64,000 nucleotides of DNA from an uncultured Aestuarium sp. (GTDB lineage: Bacteria; Pseudomonadota; Alphaproteobacteria; Rhodobacterales; Rhodobacteraceae), in NCBI GenBank assembly GCA_964461315.1, contig CAYWUN010000005.1:1651-65650 (forward strand), read 5' to 3'. Each line of letters opens with the position of its first letter. Positions within the stretch are counted from its first letter, which is position 1. The translations under genes and the position numbers were made by a program. Positions 1-9,997 of the stretch are shown one piece after another. A model generated the notes under the pieces. That model did not search any database and was not told the origin of the DNA. It was given only the letters and a program-made list of their open reading frames with translations.

Positions 1-739
1 ACCAAATGGAACACGTACTGCATTTGGGACCTCGCCACGTGTGAGCGCCTATGATGTCGTCTACATCTTTACTGCGGGCCGCTGGGATGTGGATCGGACC
101 CGTGTCTATATCCCGATCAATGAGGCTCAGATTTTCTTCGACAAGGATGGCGTGGCCGACGAGATTGAAGTCATGGTCGACGACCCTGATCAAGTCGATC
201 GCTATCTCGGTCCTATTCTAGATGTGGCTGGCGAAAGAGCGCTTGGGTGGACTTGGCGCGACAGCTCGGGCGCTTTTCTCAAGGCTTTGACGGTCGAGGA
301 CAACGTGATGTTCATCCTTTTGTCGATCCTTGTTCTGATCGCTTCGATGAATATCATCTCTGGCCTGATTATGCTGGTTAAGAATAAAGGGCGGGATGTT
401 GGTATCTTGCGCACCATGGGTTTGACCGAGTGGTCAATTCTAAGGGTGTTTTTCATCTGTGGTGCGGGTATCGGCACCATGGGAACGCTTATGGGGGTGC
501 TGCTTGGCTGCCTCTTTGCTATCTACATTGATCCGATCTTTAGTTTTGTGAACTATGTCTCTGGTGGCGGCGTTTGGGACCCTTCGATCCGCAACATTTA
601 CCATCTACCGGCAGAGCTTCATCTGGTCGATATTTTCAAGGCGACCGCTCTTTCATTGTCGCTCTCGTGGATCGTGACTTATTTCCCAGCGCGACGCGCC
701 GCGCGCATGAACCCAGTGGAGGCGTTGCGCTATGAATGA
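1..739 (+). CDS. lolE: Lipoprotein-releasing ABC transporter permease (LolC/E family), 5'-truncated by window edge
   Basis: Frame is open from base 2 ([14 protein letters not shown]...). FtsX-like C-terminus ([23 protein letters not shown]; [17 protein letters not shown]). Overlaps lolD. Confidence 0.93.
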   Translation, partial: PNGTRTAFGTSPRVSAYDVVYIFTAGRWDVDRTRVYIPINEAQIFFDKDGVADEIEVMVDDPDQVDRYLGPILDVAGERALGWTWRDSSGAFLKALTVEDNVMFILLSILVLIASMNIISGLIMLVKNKGRDVGILRTMGLTEWSILRVFFICGAGIGTMGTLMGVLLGCLFAIYIDPIFSFVNYVSGGGVWDPSIRNIYHLPAELHLVDIFKATALSLSLSWIVTYFPARRAARMNPVEALRYE

Positions 740-1415
740 GACAGTGCTGACGCTCGAGGGCGTGTGTAAGTCCTACAACCAAGGTAAACCGTCCCAAGTC
801 GATGTCCTTCGCGGTGTTGATCTGAAAGTTGGTCGCGGTGAAGTTGTGGCTCTCGTCGCTCCGTCTGGGGCAGGGAAGTCCACGTTGCTCCATATCGCAG
901 GTTTGCTCGATACCCCCGACAGGGGGCGAGTTGAAATTGTTGGGAGCGATGTCACGGGGCTTGGCGATCGCCATCGTACGGCAATTCGCCGAACCGACGT
1001 GGGTTTCGTCTATCAGTTCCACCACTTGCTCCCCGAGTTTTCCGCGCTTGAGAACATTGTCCTCCCGCAGCTTGCCAATGCAGTCTCGCCCGCTGAGGCG
1101 GAGGCGCATGCGATGTCACTCCTTAATCTCGTCGGTGTAAAAGAGCGCGCAACGCATCGCCCCGCGGCGCTTTCCGGCGGAGAGCAGCAGCGTGTTGCGT
1201 TTTGTCGTGCGCTCGCGAACAAACCGCGTCTTCTTTTGGCGGACGAGCCAACGGGCAATCTAGATCCCGCAACATCAGAGCGGGTTTTCGAAACGCTTAT
1301 GAATCTGGTTCGGGAAACAGGACTTTCGGCTCTTATCGCGACCCACAATCTAGAGCTCGCCGCACGTATGGATCGGCAAGTTCGACTTGAAGCAGGGCAA
1401 CTCGCGGTACTTTAG
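732..1415 (+). CDS. lolD: Lipoprotein-releasing ABC transporter ATP-binding protein
   Basis: Walker [10 protein letters not shown], LolD motif [34 protein letters not shown]. Confidence 0.95.
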   Translation: MNETVLTLEGVCKSYNQGKPSQVDVLRGVDLKVGRGEVVALVAPSGAGKSTLLHIAGLLDTPDRGRVEIVGSDVTGLGDRHRTAIRRTDVGFVYQFHHLLPEFSALENIVLPQLANAVSPAEAEAHAMSLLNLVGVKERATHRPAALSGGEQQRVAFCRALANKPRLLLADEPTGNLDPATSERVFETLMNLVRETGLSALIATHNLELAARMDRQVRLEAGQLAVL

Positions 1416-1502
1416 GTAAAGCTTGGCCAAGAGGTAAACTTCTCCGTGACAAGTTCCGCGCAAAGCGGGATTATGTGGAAAACAGCTTCTAGGAGAGCAG
1501 AA

Positions 1503-1871
1503 ATGAAGCGTCTTGTTATTCTGGGCGTACTCGCCCTTGCAGCTTGCACCGAAGAGCGTGTCGCTGATGGTGCGAAGATCTATGTTGAGCAATGTGCAGA
1601 TTGTCACGGTGCTTCGGGGGTGGGTGACGGTGTCCTTGCCCAAGGGCTCGACCGCAAGCCGTCAAATCTCACAACAATTGCTTCGCGAAATGGTGGCGTT
1701 TTTGACCGTGATGCGGTCATGAGCCAGATCGACGGTATGCACCGCTCTGCCGATAGTGCGATGCCGGAATTTGGTGCGTCTGACCTTGGCGATATCATTA
1801 TGGTTGGCCGAACCCCTGTACCTGCCGAGCTATATGCACTGGCCAACTATCTCGAAGGTATTCAGGGTTAA
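1503..1871 (+). CDS. Mono-heme c-type cytochrome lipoprotein
   Basis: Start refined to ATG 1503 (AGGAG upstream). Lipobox LAAC, heme motif CADCH, distal MP as likely axial Met. Confidence 0.85.
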   Translation: MKRLVILGVLALAACTEERVADGAKIYVEQCADCHGASGVGDGVLAQGLDRKPSNLTTIASRNGGVFDRDAVMSQIDGMHRSADSAMPEFGASDLGDIIMVGRTPVPAELYALANYLEGIQG

Positions 1872-1878
1872 GAATCAC

Positions 1879-1913
1879 GGATCGCATTCTCATTTTCGGG
1901 GTGCGATCCTTTT
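1879..1913 (+). terminator. Rho-independent terminator after cytochrome c
   Basis: GGATCGCATTCT-loop-GGGGTGCGATCC followed by TTTT. Confidence 0.7.
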
Positions 1914-2098
1914 AGTCTGATTCTCTGATAAATTATCCTGAGTTTTTCTATTTGAGGTGATCAGATCAAATTTTCCTGAAAACCCGATGACTTCGCAGTA
2001 TTAAATTCGACGTGCTGGGTTTTAATTTTTTCTATTTAAAATTAGTTACTTATGAGCCGTTTTGAGAGAAAAATTTTGGCAACGTATGCACTTTTTGA

Positions 2099-2144
2099 AA
2101 TCTAAAGTTTTAGATTGAAGGCATGCCGAAATGGTATACCCTTT
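2099..2144 (+). promoter_or_regulatory. Two palindromic operator candidates upstream of the sugar ABC operon
   Basis: AATCTAAA-GT-TTTAGATT (2099-2116) and AAATGGTATACCCTTT (2129-2144); the second resembles a GntR/FadR-type GGTATACC box. Confidence 0.55.
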
Positions 2145-2197
2145 CTTCAGGTCGAGGACATTAAGCGTTCAAGGACGAGCGCTACGGGGAGGGTAAT

Positions 2198-3730
2198 ATG
2201 AGCGTTGCTGCGGAGAGCATCAATGGTTCCGTGCTGATTGAAGCGCAGGGGATCGATAAAGCTTTTCCGGGGGTAAAGGCTCTGAGCCAAGCCCAGATTA
2301 AAGTTAGTGCCGGTGAAGTTGTCGCCCTCATGGGGGAAAACGGCGCTGGCAAGTCTACGCTCATGAAAGTGCTAACCGGCGTGTATCAACCTGACGCTGG
2401 AACTGTTCGCGTAAATGGCAATGTTGTGACGCTCCCGGATCCGCGCACCGCGCAGGCGCTGGGGATAGGCATTATCCACCAAGAACTGTTCCTGATGAAC
2501 GACCTGACTGCTGCGCAGAACATCTATATCGGTCGCGAACCTCGTAAAACGATGGGCATGTTCGTCGACGAAGATCAGATGAACGCAGACGCAGCCAAGA
2601 TTTTCGCACGCATGAATGTCAACATCGACCCCAAGGTGGAGGTTGGCACTCTCACTGTGGCGCGTCAGCAGCTTGTCGAAATTGCAAAGGCGCTTTCGTA
2701 CAATTCCAAAGTGCTGATCATGGACGAGCCGACTTCGGCTTTGAACGATGCCGAAGTTGCGCACCTTTTCGCAATTATCGATGACCTCAAGGCCCAGGGC
2801 GTCGGTATCGTCTACATCACGCACAAGATGGACGAAGTGAAAAGGATTGCCGACAACATCGTCATCATGCGTGACGGTCAGTACATCGACACGCTACCTG
2901 CGGCCACGACCACGATCAACGAAGTGATCTCTGCTATGGTTGGTCGCGACCTAATCGATACAAGCCGCGCCCATGGTGGTGGCTCCGATGAAGTTGCGCT
3001 CAAGGTAACTAATCTTAACGCGGGTCGCGCAGTTCAGAATGTAAACTTCAGCGTAAACAAGGGCGAGATCCTTGGCTTTGCTGGCCTTATGGGGGCGGGG
3101 CGTACGGAAGTCGCTCGTGCAATCTTTGGGGCTGACATTATCGAAAGCGGCGAGATTGAAGTTCACGGCAAAGCCGTGACGATCAACAGCCCGCGTGATG
3201 CTGTGCAGCTTGGCATTGCTTACCTCAGTGAAGACCGCAAGCACTTTGGCCTTGTTACGGGTATGTCGGTACGTGACAACATCACAATGCCGAGTTGGGA
3301 ACGTTTCACATCGAACGGCATCTTTATGCGAGACGCCGATCTGGGCACCACTGCCAAAGAGTATGTTGCCAAGCTAAAGGTCAAAACACCGACCGTTGAT
3401 CAGGAAACACGCCTACTTTCCGGCGGCAACCAACAGAAGGTTGTCATTGCCAAATGGCTCCTTCGCGACTGTGATATCCTAATCTTCGATGAGCCAACCC
3501 GTGGCATCGACATCGGCGCAAAGGCAGAAATCTACAAACTTCTTCAGGGGCTTGCAGATGAAGGCAAAGCGATCATCGTAATTTCATCCGAACTTCCCGA
3601 AGTGCTCAAACTTTCGCACCGCATAGTTGTGATGTGCGAAGGCCGGATTACGGGCGAGCTCGAAGGCAAGACCGCGACGCAAGAGGCCATTATGACCCTC
3701 GCAACCCAGCGCGTAGAAGCAGCAGAATAA
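2198..3730 (+). CDS. Monosaccharide (CUT2) ABC transporter ATP-binding protein, RbsA/MglA-like
   Basis: Two fused NBDs: [34 protein letters not shown]. Confidence 0.95.
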   Translation: MSVAAESINGSVLIEAQGIDKAFPGVKALSQAQIKVSAGEVVALMGENGAGKSTLMKVLTGVYQPDAGTVRVNGNVVTLPDPRTAQALGIGIIHQELFLMNDLTAAQNIYIGREPRKTMGMFVDEDQMNADAAKIFARMNVNIDPKVEVGTLTVARQQLVEIAKALSYNSKVLIMDEPTSALNDAEVAHLFAIIDDLKAQGVGIVYITHKMDEVKRIADNIVIMRDGQYIDTLPAATTTINEVISAMVGRDLIDTSRAHGGGSDEVALKVTNLNAGRAVQNVNFSVNKGEILGFAGLMGAGRTEVARAIFGADIIESGEIEVHGKAVTINSPRDAVQLGIAYLSEDRKHFGLVTGMSVRDNITMPSWERFTSNGIFMRDADLGTTAKEYVAKLKVKTPTVDQETRLLSGGNQQKVVIAKWLLRDCDILIFDEPTRGIDIGAKAEIYKLLQGLADEGKAIIVISSELPEVLKLSHRIVVMCEGRITGELEGKTATQEAIMTLATQRVEAAE

Positions 3731-3745
3731 GCAGGACCAGAGACA

Positions 3746-4741
3746 ATGACCGATACCACTCAAGAAGCTCCGACGAACAAAGTCGTATCGAGCGCTTTCC
3801 TTCAAAAGGCAGTTGCCTTTGTTGTGCTCATCATTCTGCTCGCGTTCTTCAGCATCTTCGCACCAAACTTCGCGGCATGGAGCAACATGGTAAACATCAT
3901 GCAGGCAACTGCGGTGAACGGTGTGCTTGGTGTTGCTGTGACATTCGTCATTATCTCGGGTGGTATTGACCTTTCGGTCGGTACAATGATGACGCTGACC
4001 GCTGTGATGTCTGGTCTGATCCTGACGAACCTTGGTATGCCGCTCCCCGTTGGTATTGCTGGTGCGATTGCCTTTGGTGGTTTCATGGGCTCGCTCTCGG
4101 GCGTTGCCGTTGCCAAGCTCAAAATCCCGCCGTTCATCGCCACGCTCGGTATGATGCAGATCGCCCGTGGTCTTGCTCTTGTGTTCTCGGGGGCAAAGCC
4201 GATCTACTTCAACAGCACGCCGAACTATGGCCTTTTGTCGCCAGAGAGCTCGATCTCGCTGTTGATCCCCGGCCTTGAGATGCCGAACTCGGTGTTCATC
4301 ATGTTCGGTGTTGCTATCCTTGCGTCCGTGGTTCTGAACCGTTCGATCCTCGGCCGCTATATCTTTGCACTTGGAAGCAACGAAGAAGCTGCCCGCCTAT
4401 CCGGTGTGGTCGTCGATAAGTGGAAGATCATCACCTACGGTATCAGCGGTATGATTTGTGGTGTTGCAGGTCTTCTCGTGTCGTCGCGTCTCAATTCGGC
4501 TCAGCCAGCGCTTGGCCTTGGTTATGAACTCGACGCAATTGCAGCGGTTGTTATCGGCGGCACTTCGCTTGCTGGTGGACGCGGCACCGTTATGGGAACA
4601 ATTATTGGCGCCTTCATCATGAGCGTTCTGACCAACGGTCTTCGCGTGATGGGCGTTCAGGAAGAATGGAAGATCGTAGTCACTGGCCTGATCATCATCG
4701 TGGCAGTCTACATCGACATCGTGCTGCGAAAGCAGTCGTAA
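3746..4741 (+). CDS. Monosaccharide ABC transporter permease (RbsC-like)
   Basis: GGIDLSVG, IPPFIATLG, GSNEEAARLSG, YELDAIAAVVIGGTSL motifs. Confidence 0.95.
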   Translation: MTDTTQEAPTNKVVSSAFLQKAVAFVVLIILLAFFSIFAPNFAAWSNMVNIMQATAVNGVLGVAVTFVIISGGIDLSVGTMMTLTAVMSGLILTNLGMPLPVGIAGAIAFGGFMGSLSGVAVAKLKIPPFIATLGMMQIARGLALVFSGAKPIYFNSTPNYGLLSPESSISLLIPGLEMPNSVFIMFGVAILASVVLNRSILGRYIFALGSNEEAARLSGVVVDKWKIITYGISGMICGVAGLLVSSRLNSAQPALGLGYELDAIAAVVIGGTSLAGGRGTVMGTIIGAFIMSVLTNGLRVMGVQEEWKIVVTGLIIIVAVYIDIVLRKQS

Positions 4742-4843
4742 GAGTTACTCTGGGAGGAGTATGCGAGGCAAAAGCTAGGCAAAACTAAACCCTAACACGA
4801 GCCTTATTGAGTACCAGTTTCATCTTAATCAGGGAGTATCCAG

Positions 4844-5773
4844 ATGAAAAAGACCCTTCTCGTAGCCGCACTCGGCGCAACCACCGCGTTCTCTGCACCT
4901 GCATTCGCAGAAGACGTATATTTCCCGATCATCGCAAAGGGCTTCAGCCACCAGTTCTGGCAGGCAGTGAAGCTCGGCGCTGAGAACGCTGCTGCTGCAA
5001 ACGGCGTGACCATCACCTTTGAAGGTCCGAACACCGAAGCAGAAATCGACAAGCAGACCGACATTCTCAACGCTGCAATCGCTAAGAAGCCTCAGGGCCT
5101 CGGCTTTGCTGCTCTCGACAGCCAGGCGCAGGTTCCGGCTCTCAAGAAAGCTGCTGACGCTGGCATTCCGATCGTAGCATTCGACTCGGGCGTAGACTCG
5201 GATCTTCCGCTCACCACCTGCACCACCGACAACCTTGCTGCTGCTGCTGGCGCTGCTAAGGGACTTGCTGAAGCAATCGGCGGCGAAGGCGAAGTTGCTG
5301 CTGTTATCCACGACCAGACCTCGGCAACCGGTATTGGCCGCCGTGACGGCTTCCTCAACGAGATCGCTGCAAACTACCCGAACATCACCATCGTTGACGT
5401 TCAGTATGCAAACGACGCTCTGAAGGCTGCTGACACCATCAAGACCATCATGCAGGCTCATCCGAACCTGAAGGGCATGTTCGCTTCGAACGAAGGTGCT
5501 GCAATCGGTCTCGCAGTGGCAATTAAAGAAACCGGCTCGAACATCGTTGGCGTAGGTTTCGACTCGGGCAAGACCCAGAAGGACGCAATCCTTGACGGTT
5601 CGCTCATCGGTTCGATCACTCAGAACCCGGTTGGCATTGGTGAGTGCGTGGTTGACTCGCTCGCAAAAGCACTCAAGGGCGAAACCCTTCCGACCGTTAT
5701 CGACACCGGCTTCTACTGGTACGACGCATCGAACATGAACGACGCGAACATCGCAGCAGTTCTCTACGACTAA
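4844..5773 (+). CDS. Sugar ABC substrate-binding protein, probably L-fucose-type
   Basis: Signal peptide; Peripla_BP_4-like KGFSHQFWQAVK, HDQTS, QNPVGIG, DTGFYWYD; adjacent FucU gene. Confidence 0.85.
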   Translation: MKKTLLVAALGATTAFSAPAFAEDVYFPIIAKGFSHQFWQAVKLGAENAAAANGVTITFEGPNTEAEIDKQTDILNAAIAKKPQGLGFAALDSQAQVPALKKAADAGIPIVAFDSGVDSDLPLTTCTTDNLAAAAGAAKGLAEAIGGEGEVAAVIHDQTSATGIGRRDGFLNEIAANYPNITIVDVQYANDALKAADTIKTIMQAHPNLKGMFASNEGAAIGLAVAIKETGSNIVGVGFDSGKTQKDAILDGSLIGSITQNPVGIGECVVDSLAKALKGETLPTVIDTGFYWYDASNMNDANIAAVLYD

Positions 5774-5783
5774 TATAGTCAAT

Positions 5784-5838
5784 TCCTCCCCTGCCCATTG
5801 GGTGGGGGAGGACCCCACTTCGATACTATTGTCGAAGT
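5784..5838 (+). other. Two intercistronic stem-loops after the binding-protein gene (mRNA stabiliser or partial terminator)
   Basis: TCCTCCCCTGCCC/GGGTGGGGGAGGA (5784-5812) and ACTTCGATA/TGTCGAAGT (5817-5838). Confidence 0.6.
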
Positions 5839-5860
5839 CATCAATTTCAGGACATGAACG

Positions 5861-6289
5861 ATGCTAAAAGGGATCGACCCACTTCTTGGGCCGGAGCTGC
5901 TTGCTGTTTTGCGTGCGATGGGCCACGGCGATGAAATCGCGATCGTGGATGGCAACTACCCGGCGTTAACCGATGCCAAACGTCTTGTGAGAGCGGACGG
6001 TCATGGCGTTGTTCCTGTACTTCGTGCTGTCCTTTCGGTGCTTCCGATTGACGAAGCTGTGCCCGAAGCGATCTTTCGCGCAGTGAATGCCAAGACCCCC
6101 GATCAACCTGATGCCGTTCATTCCGAGATTGAAGCGGTTGTGGCTGATCTTGAGCCTTCTCACAAAGTAAACCCAGTTGCTCCAGCCGAGTTCTACGCCC
6201 GTGTAAAGGCCGCTCACGCGATCATTGCGACCAGCGAGCCGCGCTTTTATGCGAACGTTATCCTGCGTAAAGGCGTTGTTGGCTACTGA
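5861..6289 (+). CDS. fucU: RbsD/FucU family mutarotase (L-fucose mutarotase-like)
   Basis: MLKGIDPLL..ELL..L..MGHGDEI.IVDGNYP; C-terminal YANVILRKGV. Confidence 0.85.
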   Translation: MLKGIDPLLGPELLAVLRAMGHGDEIAIVDGNYPALTDAKRLVRADGHGVVPVLRAVLSVLPIDEAVPEAIFRAVNAKTPDQPDAVHSEIEAVVADLEPSHKVNPVAPAEFYARVKAAHAIIATSEPRFYANVILRKGVVGY

Positions 6290-7251
6290 GCGGCGCGTGT
6301 CAGCATGTCCTCGATGTGCTTAGGACCAACGGGCCTAATTCGCGTCGGGTTCAGCGCTTTGATACCATAATATCCTCGCGTGATGTGATCCATGTTGACC
6401 GTGCTTAAGATCCCAGGAAGATTGACTATCCTTTCTATGTAAGCACTCAGTCGTGGGTAGTCTGCAATTTGACGGCGGTTACATTTGAAAATGCCGTGAT
6501 AGGCCGCGTCAAATCGGATCAGCGTCACAAAAGTCCGAATATCGGTTTCGGTAAGATAATCTCCAAAAAGGTAATCCTGCTCTAGTCGCTCCTCGAGCAT
6601 GTCGAGAGTATTGAAGACACCCTCTACTGCCTCGTCATAAGCCTCTTGCGACGAAGCAAAGCCCGATTTGTAGACGCCATTGTTCAGCTGGTCATAGATC
6701 ACCGCATTCAGCGTATCGATCTCTTTGCCGATTTCGGCGGGATAAAGGCGAAGCTCTGACGGGATAATATGCTCAAACGCTGTGTCGAACATGCGGAGGA
6801 TATCTGCGCTCTCATTATTCACCATCACGTTCTGGGTCTTGTCCCAAAGTACTGGCACCGTCGCGCGACCGGTAAAGTGCTTGTCTGCACGTGTGTAGAT
6901 TTCATGCATGTATTTGGACCCAAAAAGTGGGTCATGTGTCGCTCCGTCATAGCCTCCGAATTCCCAACCTTGCTGGCTAAGCGAAGGATTTACAACGGAA
7001 ACGCTGACAATGTCCTCAAGCCCTTTGATCCTGAGCGCCATCAAAGCGCGAGACGCCCAAGGGCAGATGTAGGCGACATAGAGGTGATAACGGCCAGCTT
7101 CAGCCTTGAAGCCCGCGTTGCCCGTGGGGCCAGCGCTTCCATCCGGAGTGATCCAATTCCGAAAGCTGGAAACTTGACGCACGAAACGTCCTTTTTCGTC
7201 TGCCTTTTGCACCGGTTGCCAATCTTCGGTCCATTTACCTTCAACAAGCAT
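6283..7251 (-). CDS. yqjG: Glutathionyl-hydroquinone reductase (Xi/omega-like GST)
   Basis: RYHLYVAYICPWASR, TVPVLWD, NNESADI, NNGVYKSGFA. Confidence 0.9.
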   Translation of the reverse strand: MLVEGKWTEDWQPVQKADEKGRFVRQVSSFRNWITPDGSAGPTGNAGFKAEAGRYHLYVAYICPWASRALMALRIKGLEDIVSVSVVNPSLSQQGWEFGGYDGATHDPLFGSKYMHEIYTRADKHFTGRATVPVLWDKTQNVMVNNESADILRMFDTAFEHIIPSELRLYPAEIGKEIDTLNAVIYDQLNNGVYKSGFASSQEAYDEAVEGVFNTLDMLEERLEQDYLFGDYLTETDIRTFVTLIRFDAAYHGIFKCNRRQIADYPRLSAYIERIVNLPGILSTVNMDHITRGYYGIKALNPTRIRPVGPKHIEDMLTRAAQ

Positions 7252-7260
7252 TTCGGCCTC

Positions 7261-8091
7261 CTAGCGCGCGTGGAACACGAATGAGCGCATCGAGATCGAG
7301 CCGAGGTCTATCGTGTTGGTCATATAGGTCAGATCGTCACGTTCGTCTGAAGCGCCTGCAATGGTGAGCGTTGGCATATAGTGGTCAAACGAGGGATGCG
7401 CCATTTGCAGGAGCGATCCGAGGCCCTGACGGTCGGCAAGTGCACCTAAATCACGGTCGGTCAGTTTTTGCGCAAAGAGGGAGTCAAATTCGAGGGCCCA
7501 ATCATGTGGCTTTGCCTTTGGGCTCCATTGAACGGCGCGAAGGTTATGAACCACATTGCCTGACCCAAGGATCAGGACACCTCTGTCACGCAACTCGGAA
7601 AGGGTGCGGCCAATTTCGATTTGGTGATCAAGGCCGCGTCCCATGTCGATAGAGACTTGGAATACGGGGACATTGGCCTCGGGATAGAGGAATTTGAGAA
7701 TGGTCCACGCGCCGTGATCAAGGCCCCAGGTGTCGTCTTCTTCTGCATGATGACTGGCTAGGAGTGAAACGACCTCACGCGCAAGATTAGGATTCCCTTC
7801 AGCCAGATATTGCTGTGCAAACAAGGCGTCTGGAAATCCGTAAAAGTCATGAATGGTCTTGGGCATCGCAGAGACGTCCACCAGAGTGGTGCCGCGTGTC
7901 ATCCAATGCGCCGAGATAACGAGGATTGCCTTCGGACGTGGAAGTGACTGGCCAAGCTTTGTCCATGCGCGGCTATAAGCGGTGTCTTCAATCGCGTTCA
8001 TCGGGCTGCCATGTCCAAGAAAGACCAGCGGCATGCGCGCGGATGGTGCGAGGAGGCTTTTGAGATCTTCAAGCGTTCGGATCGTAGACAT
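7261..8091 (-). CDS. ygiD: 4,5-DOPA extradiol dioxygenase (LigB family)
   Basis: FLGHGSPMN, SAHW, TIHDFYGFP, GLDHGAW, GSGNVVHNL. Start refined to 8091. Confidence 0.9.
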   Translation of the reverse strand: MSTIRTLEDLKSLLAPSARMPLVFLGHGSPMNAIEDTAYSRAWTKLGQSLPRPKAILVISAHWMTRGTTLVDVSAMPKTIHDFYGFPDALFAQQYLAEGNPNLAREVVSLLASHHAEEDDTWGLDHGAWTILKFLYPEANVPVFQVSIDMGRGLDHQIEIGRTLSELRDRGVLILGSGNVVHNLRAVQWSPKAKPHDWALEFDSLFAQKLTDRDLGALADRQGLGSLLQMAHPSFDHYMPTLTIAGASDERDDLTYMTNTIDLGSISMRSFVFHAR

Positions 8092-8172
8092 TTGGGCTGC
8101 CTTTCGTGGCGCGTCAGGAGTGATGAGGCGCATCGCACAAACTATGCACGATGCGCCGTTATTTAAGAGATT

Positions 8173-8595
8173 TTAGGCGAATTGGCCCAAAGTGCGTTGA
8201 AGGGCGGGAATGCGGACTGCAAAGGCGCCGGCGCCGAGGAGCGCAATCGAAACCTGTGCAACTGTCCAGAAGAGGGGAAATTCCCAGCCGCCGCCTTCGC
8301 TCGAAAAGAGCCAACCGTTGCCGGCATGAACCCAAGTTGCACCAAGCAGAACTGGGATCAAAGCGATTGAAACAAGGCGCACAGCGACGCCGGCAATCAA
8401 AGCAAGGCCGCCGATCAGTTCGGTAGCAATCGTGAGATAAGCGAAAAAGCCGGGGAGGCCGAGGCTTTCGAAATAGCCCACAGTGCCAGCGATGGTGAAT
8501 ACGTTCACCTTCAGAAGGCCATGGGCAAGAAAGAGTGCGCCGCTGGAAACGCGGAGGAATGCTGCTGCATAGTCGGTCGTGTTGATATTGGTCAT
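8173..8595 (-). CDS. DoxX family membrane protein
   Basis: LRV..G.LFLAHG..K, E..GG, H..NGW.F..GGGWE motifs. Confidence 0.9.
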   Translation of the reverse strand: MTNINTTDYAAAFLRVSSGALFLAHGLLKVNVFTIAGTVGYFESLGLPGFFAYLTIATELIGGLALIAGVAVRLVSIALIPVLLGATWVHAGNGWLFSSEGGGWEFPLFWTVAQVSIALLGAGAFAVRIPALQRTLGQFA

Positions 8596-8736
8596 CTTAC
8601 TGTCTCCGTTCGGGGTGCCGCCGCCTTCATTTTTGCGGGGGACGTTTGCTATGTCATCAAACTAGGACTTGCAGTTAATCCATGAAATGGTGTTATCGTG
8701 GAATAACCTTCCATATTTTGTTCTTAATGGCCGATC

Positions 8737-9630
8737 ATGGACATCGTTGACGAACTCAAAGCCTTTGTTGCGACTGCCAAAACGGGCTCTTTCACCGCTG
8801 CGGCAGACCAACTTGGTGTATCGAACAGGCTAACTTCAAAATACGTGGCCGAACTTGAGGCGCGTCTTGGCGTCCGTTTGCTGCAACGGACCACACGGAA
8901 AGTTGGGCTAACACCTTCGGGTGAAGAGTTATTGGGCCGAGCGCCTGCTCTGCTTGATGATCTTGATGAATTGTTGGCCGAGGTTTCGGAGCGTTCCCGA
9001 GGGTTCACGGGCGGGATACGCATCTCTGCACCTGTGACATTTGGCGAGATTTATGTAAGTGGGATGCTTGCGCGCTTTGCTCGAGCAAATCCCGAACTGA
9101 CTTTTGATCTAAGATTACAAGACGAGTTTGTTGATCTCGCCAGCGATGGAATTGATGTCGCGTTCAGGATCGGGCGGACCGACATGCTTTCGCTCAAGTC
9201 ACGAAAGTTAAGCGAAATGCGTTCCGTTCTTGTCGCATGCCAGGATTATTTGATCGAACATGGAGTTCCGCGAACGCCCGAAGATTTGGAGCAGCACGCC
9301 TGCATCTTAGATACCAACAGACGGGCCCCGCGCCGATGGGGTTTTCACAAGGACGGGCGCGACTTTACAGTTGATGTGCAAGGGCGTTTCCAAGTGAACT
9401 CAGCGCGGGCAGCCGTGGAGCTTGCTGCAAAAGGGTTCGGGATCGCATATGTCCCAAGCTTTGCGCTTCTCAATGTAGCCGAAGCGGAAAAGCTTGTGCC
9501 ATTGCTCGACGACTTTGTTGGCGATGCGGTTCAACTCAGCGCCGTATATCTTGAAGGACGGACGCTTCCCCGCAAAATCCGAGCGTTGATCGACTTTGCT
9601 GTCGCAGATATCAAGACGTCTGGTGTTTAG
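8737..9630 (+). CDS. LysR family regulator (CrgA-like), divergent from doxX
   Basis: N-terminal HTH GSFTAAA..LE.RLGVRLL.RTTR; CrgA-like substrate-binding domain. Confidence 0.93.
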   Translation: MDIVDELKAFVATAKTGSFTAAADQLGVSNRLTSKYVAELEARLGVRLLQRTTRKVGLTPSGEELLGRAPALLDDLDELLAEVSERSRGFTGGIRISAPVTFGEIYVSGMLARFARANPELTFDLRLQDEFVDLASDGIDVAFRIGRTDMLSLKSRKLSEMRSVLVACQDYLIEHGVPRTPEDLEQHACILDTNRRAPRRWGFHKDGRDFTVDVQGRFQVNSARAAVELAAKGFGIAYVPSFALLNVAEAEKLVPLLDDFVGDAVQLSAVYLEGRTLPRKIRALIDFAVADIKTSGV

Positions 9631-9956
9631 GTCCTGATAATTTGAATGTTCAAGGCAGGCGCGCCCTCTAAAATCTCGAAAAGGCGGTCGATGTTCGGGT
9701 GCGCGCCGGGCCGGTTCTTTGCGTCTTCGGTATGCTCGGCAAAAATTGCGAGACCAAGTTTGGCGGCATCTTGATTCAACACGCCGAAATTCGCTTGGAG
9801 AAATTGATAGACAGCAAGCGATCCTTGCTTGCCTGCTTGGTTTTCGATGCTCGCTTTAACCGCACCGCTCGCGTCCATAAGATCAAGCCGCTCGATCCCT
9901 TCAATTGACGGAAGTTGAGACAGGTTTTCTTTGAACGAATTGGTCGGAGTAAACAT
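9627..9956 (-). CDS. DUF2322-like protein
   Basis: IENQAGKQGSL.VY, AEHTEDA..RPGAHPNIDRL. Start refined to 9956. Confidence 0.75.
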   Translation of the reverse strand: MFTPTNSFKENLSQLPSIEGIERLDLMDASGAVKASIENQAGKQGSLAVYQFLQANFGVLNQDAAKLGLAIFAEHTEDAKNRPGAHPNIDRLFEILEGAPALNIQIIRT

Positions 9957-9997
9957 GCGCTTGGTTCCTTGGACTTTGTCGATGCTGCGCATACAGC

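Noticed and set aside
4829-5818. 329-aa antisense ORF spanning the sugar SBP
   Set aside because: In-register shadow of a strongly codon-biased gene; no recognisable motif. The same applies to the antisense ORFs over phaP (31290-31988), thrS, pyrG, parE and the RTX gene.
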